Positions 58,183 through 64,000 of a stretch of 64,000 nt of DNA are shown in pieces; position 1 is the stretch's first letter; the number at the start of each line of letters is the position of its first letter. The translations under genes were made by a program, and so were the position numbers. The notes below the pieces were generated by a model. The model worked only from the letters and a program-made list of their open reading frames with translations. It was not told the DNA's origin and did not search any database. The DNA lies in contig OZ220716.1 of NCBI GenBank assembly GCA_965116795.1, forward strand, positions 1,226,503 through 1,290,502, in the 5' to 3' direction. The DNA comes from Gammaproteobacteria bacterium. GTDB taxonomy: Bacteria > Pseudomonadota > Gammaproteobacteria > JAJFKG01.

Positions 58183-59253
58183 ATGGCAAGAGCGTATGGC
58201 TGGAACGCCAGCCTATTATTTGGGTTTGAGCAAAGTTACAGTATCCCACCGAACAACGGATACCATCAAGTCCCGTTTATCTCATCAAGTTTGGACTCTG
58301 AGCAAGGCTTGATTGAGTCCAATGTATTAGGATTAGGTCGTGACCCCACTGCTCCATTCCAAGATGTTATCAACGTTGATGGCGATGTGGTTATTCCAGC
58401 GGAGCTTCGCAGTATTGGTTTGTGGTTAACCGGATTATTAGGCGAGCCAGAAACAACAAACAATAAAAAAGTTTATCAACATACATTTGCCTCTGGCAAA
58501 ACACGTCTACCCAGCATCAGCTTAGAAATTGGGTTGCCGGATGTGCCTGATTATCCGCTGTATACCGGTGCACGAGTTAATTCGATGGCGTTTAACTTTG
58601 AGCGTAGCGGTGAAGCACAAGTCACGGTAAACCTGTTAGGTCAAGGTGAAACAGCAAGTCATACAACACGTGACTCAGAGCCATCACAATTTTCTTACAC
58701 ACGGTTTTCACAATTTCAAGGTTCAATTAAACACGCCGGAGAATTTCTAGCGGATGTCACTTCTGCATCAATTACCTACAGCAACAACTTTGAGAAAATC
58801 CAAACGATACGTGATGATGGTAAGGTTGATGGCATTGATCCAGGCATTGCCGCACTCTCGGGTAATATCTCCGTGCGCTACAGTAATTCAAAGCTGATGG
58901 ACTTAGCTAGGGATGGCAATCCCATTGATATTGAACTGGCTTACACCATCGATGAACACCGCAAGCTTGTGTTAACTGCACACTCAGTGTATTTACCCAA
59001 AGCCAAACGCAGTATTAACGGTGCTGGTGGTATTGAAGCGGCATACGATTTTCAAGGAGCTAAATCTGAAGAATTCAATCGGATGTTGACGGTGACATTG
59101 GTTAATGATGTCAGTGGTTATCACTTACAAGCATTACCACCCAAACCACCCAAAACATTGCCACCGAAAAAACCACCGCAAGAGACCGAGCAACAACAGG
59201 AGGAACCGAACGATGCTGAAACTGTCACTCTCTACAAACCCCCACTGGATTGA
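58183..59253 (+). CDS. Tail tube protein
   Basis: Paralog of 3701..4771. Confidence 0.85.
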   Translation: MARAYGWNASLLFGFEQSYSIPPNNGYHQVPFISSSLDSEQGLIESNVLGLGRDPTAPFQDVINVDGDVVIPAELRSIGLWLTGLLGEPETTNNKKVYQHTFASGKTRLPSISLEIGLPDVPDYPLYTGARVNSMAFNFERSGEAQVTVNLLGQGETASHTTRDSEPSQFSYTRFSQFQGSIKHAGEFLADVTSASITYSNNFEKIQTIRDDGKVDGIDPGIAALSGNISVRYSNSKLMDLARDGNPIDIELAYTIDEHRKLVLTAHSVYLPKAKRSINGAGGIEAAYDFQGAKSEEFNRMLTVTLVNDVSGYHLQALPPKPPKTLPPKKPPQETEQQQEEPNDAETVTLYKPPLD

Positions 59254-59979
59254 TTTGGGGATGCAAGTGCGCGTTAAAGTGCGCCCGTGCAATAGCGCCA
59301 TCTTCTATCAAGCCAAAGCCTTTATGCAACATCGTTTGCAACAACTAGGCGAAGACTACCGTATTCACAAAGACAGTGGTGCTGATATGAGCCACTTACC
59401 TAACGTAGAAGATAGCACCACACGTGAAGCCTTAGCCGAGCAGTACCTAACGCTCGGTTTAGCCTTGGTGGGTATTATCGAATGGGAAGGCGTGTTAGAC
59501 AATGATGATAAAGATGAAGATGTGATTGCACCCGTTACTGAAAATAATATCACACAGTTATTTGAAAACTACTGGGTGATTGCTGAGACGTTCCGTCAAC
59601 AATACACCGGCATGCGAGAGTTGTTAGAATCTGAAAAAAACGAATCACGGCTCGCTTGCAATGGCACTGCAACGGCGGGTCGGAGTACTGCGCCAACTGT
59701 GCCAGACAACAGCTCCCCTGCGCACAAGGACGAGCCAGCGAAGACGGGGAAAAGTGCCCGTACCTCGAAAATACATTAAAGACGATAGAAGGTTGGCAAG
59801 CGTGGGATGTGGCTAACAAAGTGTTAACCCAATGTCAGGAGTGCTTCCCATTAAATATAGCATTGCAGTTGAGTGAAAGCTTGGGTTACCATCAAGCTGC
59901 AATGGCAGAGTTATTGCCAGCGGCGGCCATTGGGATCGCACTTGCTCTCAAAGAGATGCAGAAAAATAAGGAACATTAA
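59213..59979 (+). CDS. Tail assembly chaperone G (to 59779) and GT (-1 frameshift, to 59979)
   Basis: A AAA AAC at 59635-59641; paralog of copy 1. Confidence 0.8.
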
Positions 59980-60097
59980 TTACAGTTAAAGGACGTATAT
60001 TAGCCATTCTATGGTTGAATATGACCAAATGCTGCCATTTTGTTTAAAGATGGCTTACAGTATTTCTTCAAGGGTAAGGCTGCAGGAGGGATTTCAA

Positions 60098-60493
60098 GTG
60101 AAAAAATTTATTTACATTGTGTTAGTGATGACTGTGATCACCTCATGCTCACAAGAAAAACAAGCCCAAACAAATGTTGATGATACGTTTCCAGAGTATG
60201 ATGTTACTCCCTATTGCCAGAAAATTGCGAGTCGTTTCAAACATAATGATACTGATAAAGATCACAGTTATTCCGATAGCATGTTTAATATTTGTCTTGA
60301 CAGGGAAAAAGTTGATTATGCATGGCTAAAAGACAATTGGAATTTGCTGTCCTCAAAATCGAAGATATATTGCAAACAAGCCGTCGGCAATCCTAATAAA
60401 AATTATAACTCATTAAAAATGTGCGCCTTAGCTGGAACATGTTATGGCCATGAAAACTTAGAAATCTGTGCAGAGCGCGAAAAACAAGAATAG
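60098..60493 (+). CDS. Predicted lipoprotein moron
   Basis: GTG start with GGAGG RBS; KKFIYIVLVMTVITS-C lipobox; paralog of 5615..6007. Confidence 0.7.
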   Translation: MKKFIYIVLVMTVITSCSQEKQAQTNVDDTFPEYDVTPYCQKIASRFKHNDTDKDHSYSDSMFNICLDREKVDYAWLKDNWNLLSSKSKIYCKQAVGNPNKNYNSLKMCALAGTCYGHENLEICAEREKQE

Positions 60494-60628
60494 AAATAGG
60501 CTGCTAACACAGCGTATTTTAAGACTAACCAGTCAAGCATAGTGACGTTTCACTCTAAATTTTCTACAAGAAATTATCATTATCACAATATAAATACACT
60601 TATATCACCTATAAGATAGGAATCTATT

Positions 60629-63511
60629 ATGAATACGAATAGCAAGACATTATCAATTCGGCTAGCCGCGACTGGTGGCGATCAATTACGCCGAGAGTTT
60701 GACAAACTTGGCACACGTGGCCAACGTGCTTTTGATAATATTAAAGAAGCCACAAAGCCCGCATCTAAAGGTATCAAAGCCGTTGATATTGCCGCAAAGT
60801 CCTTAAACCGTACTCTCAAACAAGCCGCAGGCTTGCTGGGAGCTTACACCGGCATTCGAGGACTTACACGCTCCTTTGGTTTTTTAGTGTCAACCAATCG
60901 GGAGTTTGAACGCTTACATGCGAGCCTTAAAACTGTCACCGGCTCTTTAAAAGGTGCCGATGATGCCTTTAAGTTGATTGAAGACTTTGCTTCAAAGACT
61001 CCATTTAGCGTTGAACAGTTAACAGAAGCCTTCATCAAATTAAAGGCACTTGGTTTAGACCCGTCAGCCGATGCGCTACGCTCTTATGGCAATACCGCCT
61101 CTGCGATGGGCAAAGACTTGTTGCAATTTGTTGATGCCGTTGCCAATGCGACAACAGGTCGCTTCATGAACTTAAAAACCTTTGGTATTAATGCGGAAGT
61201 GCAAGGGGATAAGGTTGCTTTTACCTTTAACAAAGTCACCACAGTTGTTAAAAAGAATGTGACTGCAATTGAAGCATACTTACGCCAGATTGGTAAAACC
61301 CAGTTTGCCGGTGCCATGGTGGCACAAATGGATATCTTAGAAGGGATTTTCAGTAACATCACAGATAATGTATCCCACATTGCACGTGAAATTGGTAAGG
61401 GTGGATTTACTCTCGCGATTCACGATGTAGGAGTAAGCATAAGAGAGGCTACCGGCGATGTCGATGAGGCGGCTCATGCTGTGGGTGAAACATTGGGTAA
61501 TGCGATTCGCATCAGTGCAGATGCATTCGGGTTTTTATTCCAGCATGCCAGTTTGGCAGCTAAAGGGTTAGAGTATCTCTTAATTGCTCGTACTGCCGCT
61601 AAAGCCGTTAGCTTATTAAGGGCCGCTATTGTTGGTCATGCGGGGTTGGTAATAGGGTTACGGTCATTAGCCGGTCTGTCAGCCGGCACGGCTGCCAAGG
61701 TGGTCATACTCGAAGGCTCTACAAAATTAGCGACCGTTGCCATGCTCGGCTTGAAGCGCGCACTGGGATTTGTCGGTGGCCCGTTTGGTTTGGCGACCAT
61801 GGCAGGGTTTGCACTGTATAAATTGGCAGAAGGCCATGAAGCAGCAAGTGTTGCGGCTAAACGACATACCACTGAACTCAGTAAGTTGATGGAGACACTA
61901 AAGCAAGCGGCTAATGGCACTGGGCAACCGATGTTGGCCAATGAAGCGATCGCGCGTGTGACAGAGCAATTAAACAAATCGAAACAGGATGTCGCTAATT
62001 TGATGCAAGAAATCCGCTCTGTTTATCCTGGCAGACTCTGGGATCACATCAAAGAGTTGCCTCATTTTGAGTTAATGAAAGACTTGCAACAAGTCCGTCA
62101 AGCATTTCAGTCGGGTAAAAATGGTATCGATGAACATCGCAAAGCAATATGGGATTTAACTTTACAACATCCAGAATTCACCAAGCAAGCTGATGAAATT
62201 AACAAACAGATAGATGCACTAAAGAGTGCACAATCAAAAATCAAAAAAGCCGAGGCTGACCTAGCTAAATTACAAAACGGCACACTTAATCCGAATCCAA
62301 GCAAACTTGACAGTGCCAAACAAATTACCCCTGAGTTAGATGAAAAACAAATTCAACATATCAACGAGACGATTCAATCGCTACAAGCACAGACTGTGGC
62401 AATGCAACGACTAGTTGACGCCCGTAAACAAGGAAACGATGCGGTACAACATGCTTTGATATTAAACGAACAAGAAAATACATTATCCAAGCTGGGTATT
62501 GATACCAGTCAACAACAAACTGAAGAAGCTTCTAAGCTCATCAACAGGACTAAAGCGTTAATCCAACAAAAATATGAATTGCAACAAGCTGACAAAGACG
62601 CTATTGAAACGGCTAAGCGTCATGCGCAAACGGTACAAACCATCACGCGCGCATTGAATGCAACCAAATCTGAAAGTGAACAAGCCCGCATTGAAGCCGA
62701 TACCTGGCGTCAAAGTGCTTTAGCAGGATTAGATAGCACTCAGCAAGGCTATGCTACCTTTGCCAGTGACATTGAAACCGTTTATCAGCACATGTTAAAG
62801 CAAGCGCGTGAGAAAGATTTAGCGAGTTCCAAACGTTGGCAAGATGGAGTAACTCGTGGACTTCGCGATGTAGTGGATGAAGCCAATGACATGGCATCTC
62901 AAGTAGAAAATGCTATTACCAATGCTTTTTCAAATATGGAAGATGCCTTGGTTGAGTTTGTGATGAAAGGCAAGCTTGATTTTAAATCACTGGCCGACTC
63001 TATCATTTCCGATATTCTTCGCATCCAAATCAAACAAAACATCACTGCACCCTTGGCGAGCGCATTAGGCTCAGTTAACTTTAGTGGTTTATTTAGTGCT
63101 GCGCATACGGGCGGTGTGATTGGTCATGATGTATTAACAAAACGGGCTGTTAATTCATCTGTCTTTGATGGTGCTCCGAAATTCCATGGGGGCGGTGTTG
63201 TTGGCAATGAAGTGCCGATTATTGCTAAACGTGGTGAAACCGTCTTTACTAAAGGACAAATGCAATTGTTAGGCGTAGGCTTAGCCTCACGTAATGCGGC
63301 TCCCACTGTTACGGTACATGTGCATAACAACGTCTCTGGTGTGCAAGCTAAAACGCATACAACCAAAACACCCGATGGCAATGTGCAGCTGGATATTATT
63401 GTTGAACATGTTGAACAAAAGCTTGCGCGCAATATCACGCGTGGTGATGGTTTAGCACCGGTGATGGAACGACGTTATGGTTTGAATCCAGCGAATGGCA
63501 GTTACCGTTAA
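60629..63511 (+). CDS. Tail tape measure protein
   Basis: Paralog of 6147..9029 with the same 960-aa length. Confidence 0.93.
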   Translation: MNTNSKTLSIRLAATGGDQLRREFDKLGTRGQRAFDNIKEATKPASKGIKAVDIAAKSLNRTLKQAAGLLGAYTGIRGLTRSFGFLVSTNREFERLHASLKTVTGSLKGADDAFKLIEDFASKTPFSVEQLTEAFIKLKALGLDPSADALRSYGNTASAMGKDLLQFVDAVANATTGRFMNLKTFGINAEVQGDKVAFTFNKVTTVVKKNVTAIEAYLRQIGKTQFAGAMVAQMDILEGIFSNITDNVSHIAREIGKGGFTLAIHDVGVSIREATGDVDEAAHAVGETLGNAIRISADAFGFLFQHASLAAKGLEYLLIARTAAKAVSLLRAAIVGHAGLVIGLRSLAGLSAGTAAKVVILEGSTKLATVAMLGLKRALGFVGGPFGLATMAGFALYKLAEGHEAASVAAKRHTTELSKLMETLKQAANGTGQPMLANEAIARVTEQLNKSKQDVANLMQEIRSVYPGRLWDHIKELPHFELMKDLQQVRQAFQSGKNGIDEHRKAIWDLTLQHPEFTKQADEINKQIDALKSAQSKIKKAEADLAKLQNGTLNPNPSKLDSAKQITPELDEKQIQHINETIQSLQAQTVAMQRLVDARKQGNDAVQHALILNEQENTLSKLGIDTSQQQTEEASKLINRTKALIQQKYELQQADKDAIETAKRHAQTVQTITRALNATKSESEQARIEADTWRQSALAGLDSTQQGYATFASDIETVYQHMLKQAREKDLASSKRWQDGVTRGLRDVVDEANDMASQVENAITNAFSNMEDALVEFVMKGKLDFKSLADSIISDILRIQIKQNITAPLASALGSVNFSGLFSAAHTGGVIGHDVLTKRAVNSSVFDGAPKFHGGGVVGNEVPIIAKRGETVFTKGQMQLLGVGLASRNAAPTVTVHVHNNVSGVQAKTHTTKTPDGNVQLDIIVEHVEQKLARNITRGDGLAPVMERRYGLNPANGSYR

Positions 63512-63771
63512 CAAAACAAAACCGAGCAAACCAAATTACTTGCCACTCCTTGACCTGCTCGGTGCTTTAAGAAAAGCTATCAACTAATTATTTTAGTTTT
63601 TAATTGCATAACATCCGCTTATATTGACGCTTTCTTTTTGTTATCGGAACTTGAGTTGTTAACAAAAACCGATACGGATGCGAAGCACCGTATCGCGTTA
63701 GTATGACGAGGCAAGTGTAACATCAGCAATAACGCTATACGCACAAAAATATCACAGAGTCATTCAGTATT

Positions 63772-64000
63772 ATGATTACATGGCCAGATAAACTCCCTTT
63801 TCCCACGGTTGAGGGATATAGTATTCAACCTGGTGATGCGATTGTACGCACCGATATGGAAGCGGGTAGTGCCAGACAACGCCGCCGCTTTACCCAAGTC
63901 CCCAGTCGCATTCAGGTGCGCTGGTTGATGTCACAAACCCAGTTTGCGATATTCGAAGCGTGGTATCGCTGGGAGGCTCGCGAAGGCGGCGCCTGGTTTG
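63772..64000 (+). CDS. Distal/minor tail protein, 3'-truncated by the window edge
   Basis: MITWPDKLPFPTVEGY, paralog of 10689..11162. Confidence 0.8.
   Translation, partial: MITWPDKLPFPTVEGYSIQPGDAIVRTDMEAGSARQRRRFTQVPSRIQVRWLMSQTQFAIFEAWYRWEAREGGAWF

Larger units (their letters stand above)
47910..64000 (+). mobile_element. Prophage late operon, copy 2 (continues past the window)
   Basis: Order cos, methylase, TerS, TerL, gpW, portal, S49, capsid, tail; colinear with copy 1. Confidence 0.95.

Noticed and set aside
1-64000. Duplication as an assembly artefact
   Set aside because: The copies differ by many synonymous changes, small indels and an IS present in only one.

Overview
The window holds two related but diverged lambda-like (cos/GpA terminase, siphoviral tail) prophage late operons in direct repeat. 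Copy 1 runs from before position 1 to ~22.8 kb and copy 2 from ~47.9 kb past 64000. Orthologous gene boundaries from the protease stop to the tape-measure stop sit at a constant 54,482-bp offset. Between the copies are a 2407-aa eukaryote-like multidomain gene (WD40, SEL1, two atypical kinase-like domains, ankyrin, LRR), an ORF-less group II intron whose exon-binding sites pair with a TATAAT box, a RelE-type toxin-antitoxin pair inside an Rpn-nuclease remnant, two AT-rich orphan genes, and a leftward serine-recombinase/DUF2924/sigma-like/replication module. Copy 1 carries three insertions: an IS1111-type (IS110 family) element whose empty site is visible in copy 2 and whose bridge/seek-RNA guides can be read from its 3' non-coding end; an IS66 with a convergent tnpC; and three paralogous unknown genes sharing a promoter-like motif inside the lysis cassette. 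Family calls come from motif recognition and gene order only, with no database search. An intracellular or amoeba-associated proteobacterial host is an inference from the effector-like cargo.
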